Positions 19,664-28,326 of a stretch of DNA of 64,000 bases are shown one piece after another. This DNA comes from Pseudomonadota bacterium. GTDB taxonomy: Bacteria; Vulcanimicrobiota; Vulcanimicrobiia; Eremiobacterales; Eremiobacteraceae. The DNA lies in the NCBI GenBank assembly GCA_021325335.1, contig JAJPHJ010000053.1, positions 2,541 through 66,540 of the forward strand, in the 5' to 3' direction. The translations under genes were made by a program, and so were the position numbers. Numbering within the stretch: the stretch's first letter is position 1; each line of letters starts with the position of its first letter. The notes beneath the pieces are model-generated. The model did no database searches. It saw nothing but the letters and a program-made list of their open reading frames with translations, and had not been told where the DNA came from.

Positions 19664-22430
19664 GCGCTTCGTCGATCGCGCGTTCCTCGGACATGGTCGC
19701 GCCCTCGGCGAGGTCCGCAGCGACGCTTTGGACGGATGCGCCGCGCAGAATTGCAGCAAGCCGGTCGTGACTCCAACGCTCCGTTGACTCTCGCTCCAGC
19801 CCAAGCTCGGCATACTGAGCGTCCACGTATCCGAGCAGCCGGGCCGCCGCGGCCACCTGCTTGCGCTCGGCTGCGATCAACGCGCAGTGCTGGAGGATCC
19901 AGGCGACTTTCGATCGGCTCTGCGCCTGTTGCGCCCAGCGGAGCGCCTGGACCGCGGCTTCGGATGCAGCCGCCAAGTCGTCAAGGGCGATGTGGTAGGC
20001 GATCGTATTGCTGTATGCGGTGGCAAGATTTGTCGCGTTCTTGCCGCGGGACTCGATGTCGATCGACGCCTGGGCGTGACGAAGCGCTGCGTACGGGTCG
20101 CCCTGCCGAAAGTCGAGCTCCGCGAGGTCGATGAAGACGACGGCTTTGCCCGCTTGGTCGCCGAGCGCTTCGAATGCCTGCAGCGTCAGCGCGTACGATG
20201 CGCGCGCGGCTTCGATCTCTCCGCGCTCCCCGCACACGTCGGCCATCACGTTGAGGCAGAGGGCCTCGCCTAGCTTGTCGGCGTGCGCCCGGAGCACAGG
20301 GAGCGCGCGGGCTGCAGCATCGGCGGCGGCGTCCAGGCGACCCATCTGCAGCAGTCCGCGCGCCATCGCGCGCAAGCTGCGAGCGGCCCCCAGCTCGTCA
20401 TGGAGCTCCCGGTAGAGTTTCTCTGCGCGTTCAGCGCTTTGGAACTTGCCCTTGCCGGAGAAGAGCAGCGATCGGGCAAGCCAAAGCCGCGCCGCAAGCG
20501 CTGATGAGTGCTCGCGCTCCTCGATGCAAGCGAGTGCGGTGTCGATCCACGAGCGCCCTTCGCCCGAGAGACCGCTCGCGTACCACAATTGTTCGAGCGA
20601 CCCGCAAATCGCCGCGCCGGCCGAGACGTTGCGGCGCTTCTTGAGCGTCCACTCCAAGGCGGCGCGGAAGTTGTCGATATCGGGCTCCAGCGCGGCAAGC
20701 AGCGCTTCTCGCGGCATGGTGCTCGATGCTTCGTCCGCTGCTTGTGCCATGCCGCAAAAAAATCGCGCGTGCCGACTCGCAAGCGCATCCTGCTCTGCTG
20801 CATCCGGTAGCTTCGTCAAAGCGAACTCGCGCGCCGACTCCAGCAGCGCGTAGCGCTCTTCGCGGTCGCCCAGCTCGGCGACGACGAGCGACTTGTCGAC
20901 GAGCGAAGCCAGCAGGTCGAGCGCGTCGCTATCGCTTTTTTCGCTATCCGCGCACACGGCGCTCGCAGCCGCAAGGCTGAATCCTCCGGCGAAGACGCTC
21001 ACGCGCGCGAAGAGCGCCCGTTCGCGCTCGTCGAGCAATTCGTAGCTCCAGTCGAAAAGCGCGCGCAGGGTCTGCTGGCGCGGTAGGGCGGTCCGGCTGC
21101 CGCCGGTGAGGATCTGGAAACGTTCGTTGAGACGCCCGGCGATGCTGGCGACCGAAAGCATTCTCACGCGCGCTGCCGCGAGCTCGATCGCAAGCGGGAT
21201 CCCATCAAGGCGCCGGCAGATCTCCGCCACCACGGGTGCTGTTTCCGCAGACAGAGCGAAACGCGAGTCGACGGCTTGCGCGCGCTCGACGAACAGTTTG
21301 ATGGCGGCGTATTCCAGCGCTGCGGCGACCGTGAGGTCCCGTCCGGGTTCCGGCGTCGGGAGGGAAGGCAGCTTGTAGGCAGCCTCGCCTGCGATACGCA
21401 GCGGCTGCCGGGACGTCGCAAGCATCCGAACCCCAGGGCATGCGGCGATGAGGGAGGCGGCGAGGGATGCGGCGGCTGCAATGACGTGTTCGCAGTTGTC
21501 GAGGATCACGAGCAGCTGCTTGCGCTTGAGCCACTGCACGAGAGAATCGTCGATGGGGCGATTCTCTTGTTGCGTCAGACCGAGCGCTTTTGCGACCACG
21601 CTCGGGACCAGCTGCGCGTCTGCGATCGGCGCGAAGTCTGAGAACCAGACGCCATCCGGCGACGTGCGCAACGCTTGTTCGGCTACGCGGATCGCAAGGC
21701 GGGTCTTGCCGACGCCGCCCGCTCCGACGAGCGTGACGAGCCGATGGCTAGCGAGCAACGCGTCGACTTCGCGTGCGTCCTCGTCGCGCCCGACGAAGTT
21801 CGTCGCCTGGGCCGGAAGATTGTTGGGAGAGCCTCCTTCGGATCGCAGGGGCGCGAATTCCGACGGGAGCCCCTCGATGCGCAGTTGCCACACGTGCTCG
21901 AGCGCCGCAAGGTCTTTGAGCTCGTGCAGACCGAGGTCGATGAGCTCGATGCCAGCCGGGAGTTGATCGACGACGAGGGCTCGCGTGGCGTCGGAGAGGA
22001 GCACTTGTCCTCCGTGTCCGGCGGACATCAGCCTCGCGACGCGGTTGACCGAGGGACCGAAATAGTCGGCGCCGCGTTCGTGGGCGACGCCGGAGTGCAA
22101 CGCCATCCGCACGCGCAGCCCATCCACGCTGGAAAAGTCCTCGCGCGCGATGGCTTGCTGCGCGTCAACCGCCGCCGCAAGCGCGGCCGGCGCCGAGCTG
22201 AAGGCCACGCAAAACGCGTCGCCCACGGTTTTGAAGATATGTCCGTGGTGCACGGTCATGACCGCGGTCAAGATATCGTCGTGGCGAGCGACCACGGTCT
22301 TCATGGCATCGCTATCGCTCTCCCAACGGCGCGTCGATCCTTCGATATCGGTGAACAGGAAGGTGACCCGGCCCGTCGGCAAAGGGGCGGTTTGCTGGAG
22401 CCGCCGGGCTTCGCCCGCACGCTGCATCAC
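19650..22430 (-). CDS. class III adenylate/guanylate cyclase domain fused to STAND (NB-ARC-like) P-loop NTPase and TPR repeats
   Basis: 926-aa ORF. The N-terminal cyclase core reads RVTFLFTDIEGSTRRWE...FKTVGDAFCVAF...RMALHSG...YFGPSVNRVARL. The P-loop is LVGAGGVGKTRLA and Walker B is LLVILDNCEHV. The long helical/TPR-like C-terminal half has no HTH that I can see. Confidence 0.85.
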   Translation of the reverse strand: MMQRAGEARRLQQTAPLPTGRVTFLFTDIEGSTRRWESDSDAMKTVVARHDDILTAVMTVHHGHIFKTVGDAFCVAFSSAPAALAAAVDAQQAIAREDFSSVDGLRVRMALHSGVAHERGADYFGPSVNRVARLMSAGHGGQVLLSDATRALVVDQLPAGIELIDLGLHELKDLAALEHVWQLRIEGLPSEFAPLRSEGGSPNNLPAQATNFVGRDEDAREVDALLASHRLVTLVGAGGVGKTRLAIRVAEQALRTSPDGVWFSDFAPIADAQLVPSVVAKALGLTQQENRPIDDSLVQWLKRKQLLVILDNCEHVIAAAASLAASLIAACPGVRMLATSRQPLRIAGEAAYKLPSLPTPEPGRDLTVAAALEYAAIKLFVERAQAVDSRFALSAETAPVVAEICRRLDGIPLAIELAAARVRMLSVASIAGRLNERFQILTGGSRTALPRQQTLRALFDWSYELLDERERALFARVSVFAGGFSLAAASAVCADSEKSDSDALDLLASLVDKSLVVAELGDREERYALLESAREFALTKLPDAAEQDALASRHARFFCGMAQAADEASSTMPREALLAALEPDIDNFRAALEWTLKKRRNVSAGAAICGSLEQLWYASGLSGEGRSWIDTALACIEEREHSSALAARLWLARSLLFSGKGKFQSAERAEKLYRELHDELGAARSLRAMARGLLQMGRLDAAADAAARALPVLRAHADKLGEALCLNVMADVCGERGEIEAARASYALTLQAFEALGDQAGKAVVFIDLAELDFRQGDPYAALRHAQASIDIESRGKNATNLATAYSNTIAYHIALDDLAAASEAAVQALRWAQQAQSRSKVAWILQHCALIAAERKQVAAAARLLGYVDAQYAELGLERESTERWSHDRLAAILRGASVQSVAADLAEGATMSEERAIDEALTSL

Positions 22431-22506
22431 TGCATTTTCGGTGATGGAGCAGATGCGGCCTCGGATTGAATGAGCCTTTTTTACCTGCCGAGCCGCTAAG
22501 CCGCCG

Positions 22507-22515
22507 TGCTATAAT
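22507..22515 (+). promoter_or_regulatory. candidate extended -10 promoter element TGCTATAAT
   Basis: TG-N-TATAAT at 22507..22515 lies inside an imperfect inverted repeat (CCGCCGTG...CACCGGCGG). It is 67 nt upstream of the small ORF at 22582. Confidence 0.35.
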
Positions 22516-22581
22516 CACCGGCGGTCGCTCGGCTCGGGCCGGGCGATGACGCGTCAATGACCTTGTGACGGGAGAACTCGA

Positions 22582-22698
22582 ATGTACTCGAAACCGCAGA
22601 TCATCGCATCGCTCGACGCAGGCATCATCGTCGCGTCAGCAGCTGGTCAGGCATCGTGCATGACCGCAGACGTGACACCCGGACATGGTTGCCAGTAA
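22582..22698 (+). CDS. candidate 38-aa small protein or peptide (could instead be a small RNA)
   Basis: Hand-translated: MYSKPQIIASLDAGIIVASAAGQASCMTADVTPGHGCQ*. GGGAGA sits 7 nt upstream of the ATG, a candidate promoter lies upstream, and a hairpin terminator lies downstream. It is too short for the ORF track. GC3 is lower (about 24 of 37 codons) than in neighbouring genes. Confidence 0.25.
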   Translation: MYSKPQIIASLDAGIIVASAAGQASCMTADVTPGHGCQ

Positions 22699-22724
22699 AA
22701 AAACCTGACAATAGATACCGAGAG

Positions 22725-22756
22725 AGCGCCGCGACCCTCGCGGCGCTTTCGTTTGT
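22725..22756 (+). terminator. intrinsic-terminator-like hairpin (possibly bidirectional)
   Basis: AGCGCCGCGA-CCC-TCGCGGCGCT (10-bp stem) is followed on the + strand by TTCGTTTGT. On the - strand it lies 5 nt after the thiolase stop, but without an adjacent U-tract. Confidence 0.5.
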
Positions 22757-22760
22757 GCGC

Positions 22761-23948
22761 CTAGAGAGCTTCGAAGATGGCAGCGATGCCTTGGCCGCCG
22801 CCGATGCAGGCGCTGGCCGCGCCGAGCTTCTTTTTCTGTAAGCCAAGCTCGTGGAGCAGCGTGTAGGCGAGCCGGGCGCCGCTCGCTCCGAGCGGGTGGC
22901 CGAGTGAGATGGCGCCCCCATGGGGGTTCAATTTTTCGAGGTCGAGGTGAAGCTCGTCGACGCAGGCGAGCACCTGCGGCGCGAATGCTTCATTGACCTC
23001 GACAGCGTCGAGCTGATCCAAATCGACCTGCGCGCGCGAGAGCGCGAGCGGTATGGCGAACGCGGGCCCGATGCCCATGATGTCCGGGTCGACGCCCACG
23101 CTCGCCCACCCGATCAGACGCCCGAGAGGGTGCAGTCCGTCACGCTCTGCGCGCTCCATCGTCGTCAAGACGACCGCCGCGGCGCCGTCCGTGATGCCGC
23201 TCGCGTTTCCGGCTGTGACCACACCGTTCTTCGTAAAACGCGGTGACAGCTTCGCGAGCTTCTCGGCTGAGGTGTCGGGCCGCGGTCCTTCGTCTCTATC
23301 GATGAGGACGGTGCCCTTGCGGCCTGCGACTTCTACGGGCGCGATCTCCTGCGCGTAGTAGCCATCTTCGCTCGCGCGCACCGCGGCCTGATGCGAACGC
23401 AGAGCGAAAGCACCCGACGCCTCGCGGCTGATCTCGTATTGACGGGCGAGGTTTTCTGCCGTGATGGCCATCGGCATGTTGTTGTAGGTGTCGGTCAACC
23501 CTTCCCAAAGCGAGTCTTCGAGCTTGCCTTGACCGAGCGCGAGGCCCCAGCGCGCGCCTCGGATGACGTGGGGCGCTTGGCTCATGTTCTCCATGCCGCC
23601 CGCGAGCACGTACTCCGCTTGATCCAACAGCAGCTGTTCGGCGCCGCTGATGATGGCCTGGAGGCCAGATCCGCACAGACGGTTCACGGTGAGGGCGGGC
23701 GTCTCGATGCGACACCCCGCCTTGAGCCCGACGTGCCGCGCCCCATAAATGCCGTCGGCGCTCGTCTGCATGACGTTCCCGAAGATCACCTGGTCGATCT
23801 TCTCGGGGGCCACGCCGCTGCGGCTCATCGCGGCCTTCGCCGCCACGACGCCGAGGTCGATGGCCGTGACGTCACGCAACGCGCCGCCGAAATTTCCGAA
23901 CGGCGTGCGCGCGCCGTTGACGATGACGACAGACTTTCCGTTTTTCAT
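22761..23948 (-). CDS. acetyl-CoA C-acetyltransferase (thiolase II)
   Basis: Track ORF 22761..24365 trimmed to ATG 23948 (MKNGKSVVIVNGARTPFGNFGG), with AAGGA upstream. Active-site NRLCGSGLQAI and C-terminal ACIGGGQGIAAIFE. The ATG overlaps the leuB-like stop (ATGA). Confidence 0.9.
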   Translation of the reverse strand: MKNGKSVVIVNGARTPFGNFGGALRDVTAIDLGVVAAKAAMSRSGVAPEKIDQVIFGNVMQTSADGIYGARHVGLKAGCRIETPALTVNRLCGSGLQAIISGAEQLLLDQAEYVLAGGMENMSQAPHVIRGARWGLALGQGKLEDSLWEGLTDTYNNMPMAITAENLARQYEISREASGAFALRSHQAAVRASEDGYYAQEIAPVEVAGRKGTVLIDRDEGPRPDTSAEKLAKLSPRFTKNGVVTAGNASGITDGAAAVVLTTMERAERDGLHPLGRLIGWASVGVDPDIMGIGPAFAIPLALSRAQVDLDQLDAVEVNEAFAPQVLACVDELHLDLEKLNPHGGAISLGHPLGASGARLAYTLLHELGLQKKKLGAASACIGGGQGIAAIFEAL

Positions 23949-25042
23949 GTTGTCCTTTTCGCCGATGCGGCGGGCATTCGCTCGCGCGCAAGCTCGTCGC
24001 ACACCATCGCGCCGATCTGCGCGGTCCCAAGTCCGCTCGAGGCATCGAGCGAAGGGATGCGCTCGCTCGAGACGAGGCTTGCGATGGCGGCCTCGATCGC
24101 CTGTGCCGCCGGCTTTTCTCCAAGGTACTCGAGCATCATGCCGACGGCGGCGATCGCCGCGATCGGGCTGACGACGTCGCGGCCTTTGTACTTCGGCGCC
24201 GAACCATGGATGGGCTCGAAGAGCGAGACCTGGCCCGGATGGATATTGCCGGATGCCGCGATGCCCATGCCTCCCTGCACCATCGCGCCGAGGTCGGTGA
24301 GAATGTCGCCGAAGAGATTCGGCGTGACGATCACGTCGAACCCCTCGGGGTTCTTCACCATCCACATGCAGGCCGCATCGATGTATGCGAAGTCGAACGC
24401 CACGTCAGGGTAATCTCGGGCGACCTCTTCGACCGTGCGCCGCCACAGGCTTTGCACCTCGATGGCATTGGCCTTGTCCACGAGCGTCAGTTTTTTCTGC
24501 TTGCCGCGCGCCTGCGCCAACGCGAAGGCATAGCGGACCGCGCGCTCGCAACCTTTGCGCGTGAAGATCTGGTTGGCTATCACGACCTCGTCCGGCGTGC
24601 CGCGCTTGAAATAGCCGCCCATACCCGTGTACAGATCTTCCGTGTTCTCGCGCACGACGACCATGTCCACGTCCGCCGGCGTCTTGCCCTTGATGGGGCA
24701 GAGCCGTTCGGCGTAGAGCTTGATCGGCCGGAGATTGATGTAGAGGTCGAGACCGAATCGGATCGCCGCGATGACGCCGCGCTCCACGAGTCCGGCCGGC
24801 AAACGCGGGTCGCCGATCGCGCCGAGCAGGATCGCATCGAAGCTGCGGAAGCGGTCGAGCTGCCCGTCCGGCAGCAATTCGCCCGTGGCCAGGTAGTGTT
24901 CGGAGCCGAAAGGGAAATTCGTCGTGGCGTAGCTGAAACCAAAAAGCTCCGATGCCTGCGCGAGCACCTTGAGGCCCTGCTCGATCACTTCCGGACCGAC
25001 CCCGTCGCCTGGGATCACGGCGATGCGATGCGGTGCGGGCAA
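23945..25042 (-). CDS. leuB: 3-isopropylmalate dehydrogenase family enzyme (LeuB / tartrate dehydrogenase-like branch)
   Basis: Track ORF trimmed to TTG 25042, giving (M)PAPHRIAVIPGDGVGPEV. It has the NLFGDILTDLGA and EPIHGSAPKYKG motifs of beta-decarboxylating dehydrogenases. The substrate cannot be fixed from sequence alone. Confidence 0.8.
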   Translation of the reverse strand: MPAPHRIAVIPGDGVGPEVIEQGLKVLAQASELFGFSYATTNFPFGSEHYLATGELLPDGQLDRFRSFDAILLGAIGDPRLPAGLVERGVIAAIRFGLDLYINLRPIKLYAERLCPIKGKTPADVDMVVVRENTEDLYTGMGGYFKRGTPDEVVIANQIFTRKGCERAVRYAFALAQARGKQKKLTLVDKANAIEVQSLWRRTVEEVARDYPDVAFDFAYIDAACMWMVKNPEGFDVIVTPNLFGDILTDLGAMVQGGMGIAASGNIHPGQVSLFEPIHGSAPKYKGRDVVSPIAAIAAVGMMLEYLGEKPAAQAIEAAIASLVSSERIPSLDASSGLGTAQIGAMVCDELARERMPAASAKRTT

Positions 25043-25046
25043 GGAA

Positions 25047-25565
25047 CTACGCTCGCTCGCCCGCGCTGGCTTTTTCCTTGAGGCGCTCTTCCACGTACCT
25101 GAGCAGACCACCGCGCGCGATGAGCTCTTGCATGAACGGCGGGAATTGCGTGGCCCGGAACTCTTTGCCCGTCGTCTCGTTGCGGATGGTCCCGTTGTCC
25201 GCATCAACGGTGATCTTGTCGCCGTCGTTGATCCCATCGACGCCCTGAGGACATTCGAAGATCGGCAGACCGGTGTTGATGCAGTTGCGGTAGAAAATCC
25301 GTGCGAACGATTTTGCGACCACGCCCGCCACGCCCGCGCCCTTGAGCGCGACGGCGGCCACTTCGCGGGATGATCCGCAGCCGAAGTTCGTGTCGGCGAC
25401 GATCAAGTCGCCGGGCTTGGCCTTCTTCACGAAGTTCGCGTCGAGATCTTCAAGCGCATGGCGGCCGAGTTCGACCGGGTCGATGAGGTTGCAATAGCGC
25501 CCCGGGATGATGACGTCCGTGTCGACGTTCTTCCCGTATTTATGCGCGGTGCCCGAAAGGATCAT
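25047..25565 (-). CDS. leuD: 3-isopropylmalate dehydratase small subunit (short LeuD/HacB type)
   Basis: 172-aa ORF with GKNVDTDVIIPGRY and NFGCGSSREVA motifs. ATGA overlap with the leuC stop. Confidence 0.9.
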   Translation of the reverse strand: MILSGTAHKYGKNVDTDVIIPGRYCNLIDPVELGRHALEDLDANFVKKAKPGDLIVADTNFGCGSSREVAAVALKGAGVAGVVAKSFARIFYRNCINTGLPIFECPQGVDGINDGDKITVDADNGTIRNETTGKEFRATQFPPFMQELIARGGLLRYVEERLKEKASAGERA

Positions 25566-26851
25566 GCGACGACCTTCGCGGCTTCGAGCTGTTGCGGGCC
25601 GCCGATGTGGCCCAAGATAGCCGATGCGGCGGCGACGTACGGTCCGGTCAGATAGACCTCGCTCTTCACATGGCCCATGCGCCCGCGGAAGTTGCGATTC
25701 GTCGTCGAGATGCAGCGCTCGCCGTCAGCCAGGACCCCCATGTGGCCGCCGACGCACGGGCCGCAGGTGGGCGTCGACAGGACGCACCCTGCGTCGATGA
25801 AGATCTCGGCGAGCCCCTCCTTGAGGCACTGCGAATACACTTTCTGGCTACCGGGGATGACGATGGCACGCACGGAGGGATGCACCTTTTGACCTTTGAG
25901 GATCTCGGCTGCTTGGCGCATGTCCTCGATGCGACCGTTCGTGCACGTGCCGATGACCGCTTGCTGGATATCGATGTCGCTGAGCTCCGAAGCGTTGCGC
26001 GTGTTCTCCGGCAACCACGGCAGCGCGACTTGCGGCTCGACGCTCGTGCAGTCGATGACCACGGTGCGCTCGTATGCAGCGTCGCGGTCGGAGTGATAGA
26101 CGGTGTAGTTCTTCTTTCCGACCGCCGCGCAATACGCTTCGGTCACGGCGTCCACCGGGAAAATCCCGTTCTTTGCGCCGGCTTCGATGGCCATGTTCGC
26201 CATGGTGAAGCGGCCGCTGATAGGAAGGTCGCGCACGACCGGCCCCGTGTATTCCAACGCTCCGTAGATCGCACCGTCGACGCCGAGCTCGGCGATGGTC
26301 CTTAGAATGAGGTCCTTAGCGGACACGTACGGCTGCAGCGATCCTTCGTACACGATCTTCGTCGTGGCAGGCACGCGCAGCCACATCTCCCCCAGCGCGA
26401 AGGCGGCCGCTATGTCGGTGGAGCCGACCCCGGTCGCGAAGGCTCCGATCCCGCCATAGGTCGTCGTGTGGCTATCGCCGCCGATGATGGTCTCGCCCGG
26501 CCCCACCATGCCGTTTTCCGGCAAGACGACGTGCTCGATCCCGCCACGACCGATTTCGAAATAGTTTTCGATGTGCTGCTCCGTCGCGAAATCGCGCATC
26601 ATCTTGGAGAGCGTCGCGGTGGCGATATCTTTGTTGGGCGTGAAGTGGCTGGGCACGAGCGCGATCTTCGCGGGGTCCCAGACCTTGGTAGCGCCTTTGA
26701 TCTTGCGGAACTCGGTGATCGCCACGGCGGCGGACAGCTCGTTGGCCATCACCAGGTCGAGGTTGATGGAAATGATGTCGCCGGGCGACACGGAGGCTTT
26801 GCCTGCGTGGGCGGCGAGGATCTTCTCCGTTTGAGTCATGGGACGCGGCAC
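25562..26851 (-). CDS. leuC: 3-isopropylmalate dehydratase large subunit (aconitase-family, ~430-aa type)
   Basis: 429-aa ORF with GGDSHTTT. The Fe-S cysteines lie in CTNGR and PTCGPCVG. GTG start with GGAGG 11 nt upstream. Confidence 0.9.
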   Translation of the reverse strand: MPRPMTQTEKILAAHAGKASVSPGDIISINLDLVMANELSAAVAITEFRKIKGATKVWDPAKIALVPSHFTPNKDIATATLSKMMRDFATEQHIENYFEIGRGGIEHVVLPENGMVGPGETIIGGDSHTTTYGGIGAFATGVGSTDIAAAFALGEMWLRVPATTKIVYEGSLQPYVSAKDLILRTIAELGVDGAIYGALEYTGPVVRDLPISGRFTMANMAIEAGAKNGIFPVDAVTEAYCAAVGKKNYTVYHSDRDAAYERTVVIDCTSVEPQVALPWLPENTRNASELSDIDIQQAVIGTCTNGRIEDMRQAAEILKGQKVHPSVRAIVIPGSQKVYSQCLKEGLAEIFIDAGCVLSTPTCGPCVGGHMGVLADGERCISTTNRNFRGRMGHVKSEVYLTGPYVAAASAILGHIGGPQQLEAAKVVA

Positions 26852-26940
26852 GGGCTTACAGACCTCCGGTTTCTTGCGGTACCGGCGTTGTTTCGGCGCG
26901 GGTCACTTTCGCGCCTTTGGAGGCGGCGCTGCGGCGTGAC

Positions 26941-28326
26941 TTAAGCGGCTGGCACCCGGTAATCCGGGATCGCGGCGCGCGGCAGGCGTTGCATCAGGGC
27001 GAAGACCACCCCGATCCCGATGCCGCCGAGGGCGATGAGCTGGTCCTCGTGCGTCTGGGAGAAGAAATTCTTCACGAGCAAGTACGTCACGGCGACGGTG
27101 CCGATCGCGGGCAGAACGATGCGGGTCATATCGCTGAGCGGGAAGCCTTTGCGACGGAAGTGCACGACGCAGGACAGGCCCGTGAGGATGAACGTGAGGC
27201 CGAGGAAGATCGACGAGGCGTTGACGACTTCGAGCAATGCGTCTTTGGCAGAGGGTGCGAACCCCATGAGCAGCGTCACGACGAGCACGCCGATGTTCAC
27301 GGCGAGAATGCTCAGGTGCGGGGTGCCGTAGCTCGGGTGCACCGCGGAGAGCGCGCGCGGGAAGACAGAATCGCGAGCCATGGAGAAGACGCCGCGCGAG
27401 ATGCCGAGCTGCGTCGTCCATAACGTCGCGGCGGTCGAGACGAGGACGGTCAGCACCATGACGATCTCTCTCCATCCTCCCCCGAGCTGGTTCGCGACGT
27501 AGGCGAGGGTGTCGGCGGCCTGGTTCGAGATGCCGGCGAGATCGCCGACCCGTAAATAAGCGATCATGCAGAACAGCACGATCGCGACGGTGGCGAGCAA
27601 CCCGAAGAGCCCTCCCAGTCCGGGCTGGCGCGAGGTGCCCGAATTCTCTTCTGACGTATACGTTGAGACTTCCCAACCGTCCGTCACCCAGATGGAGAGC
27701 ACCATCGCCGCCAAGAAGCCCGCATAACCGCCGCTCCCGAGGGTGACGAGATGGGTGGCCGCACTGTGAGGCACGGGCTTGTGCAAGAACGCAAGCCCCG
27801 CGAAAAGCAGCAGCGCAGCGACTTCCAGGCCGAGGAATAATCCTGAAGCGCGTGCGGTCGGCCGCACTCCGCCGATGAGCAATGCGCTCGCCACGAGAAC
27901 CCACGAGCTGCCTGCGATGGCGACCGCCGGTGCTTGGTTCACCCAGGCGCTCGGCACCCATCCGAAGTGCGCTAAGAACTCGAGCGTGTAGACGCCGGCG
28001 GGCACCACTGCCGCGACGGCCGCGAAGAAATACGAGAGCACGACGATCCAGGCCGCGAACGCGCCGGGGCGATGACCGAACGCGAGGCGCGACCATGCGT
28101 AGGTGGAACCGGCGTCCGCTCGTTCTTCACACAGGCGGTGGAACGCGATCGCGATGAAGACGATCGGCACCGTCAAGATGACGAGCGAGAGCACCGCGCC
28201 CGACCCCGCGACGGCCACCATCAATCCGAAAGTCGAAGCGATGGAATACGCCGGCGCCATGCTCGCCGAGGAGAGGATCGAGAGGTCGGACAGGCCGAGG
28301 ACGCGCGAGAGACGGGTGCGCTTCAA
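26941..28326 (-). CDS. APC-superfamily amino acid/polyamine permease (paralog 1)
   Basis: 461-aa ORF with about 12 TM segments. N-terminal LGLSDLSILSSASMAPAYSIAS is typical of APC transporters. It is clearly paralogous to 29940..31334. Confidence 0.85.
   Translation of the reverse strand: MKRTRLSRVLGLSDLSILSSASMAPAYSIASTFGLMVAVAGSGAVLSLVILTVPIVFIAIAFHRLCEERADAGSTYAWSRLAFGHRPGAFAAWIVVLSYFFAAVAAVVPAGVYTLEFLAHFGWVPSAWVNQAPAVAIAGSSWVLVASALLIGGVRPTARASGLFLGLEVAALLLFAGLAFLHKPVPHSAATHLVTLGSGGYAGFLAAMVLSIWVTDGWEVSTYTSEENSGTSRQPGLGGLFGLLATVAIVLFCMIAYLRVGDLAGISNQAADTLAYVANQLGGGWREIVMVLTVLVSTAATLWTTQLGISRGVFSMARDSVFPRALSAVHPSYGTPHLSILAVNIGVLVVTLLMGFAPSAKDALLEVVNASSIFLGLTFILTGLSCVVHFRRKGFPLSDMTRIVLPAIGTVAVTYLLVKNFFSQTHEDQLIALGGIGIGVVFALMQRLPRAAIPDYRVPAA

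Noticed and set aside
26852-26940. Leucine leader peptide, attenuator or T-box upstream of leuC
   Set aside because: The 89-nt gap has no small ORF with a Leu run and no T-box-like specifier or antiterminator. It holds only one short GC hairpin (GGCGCG...CGCGCC).
26903-28096. 397-aa - strand ORF, with similar Arg-rich ORFs at 43987..45120 and 9041..9850
   Set aside because: They are alternative frames of well-supported genes (APC permease, methyltransferase/dehydrogenase, ABC-2 permease). Extreme Arg/Pro/Ala content and no motifs.
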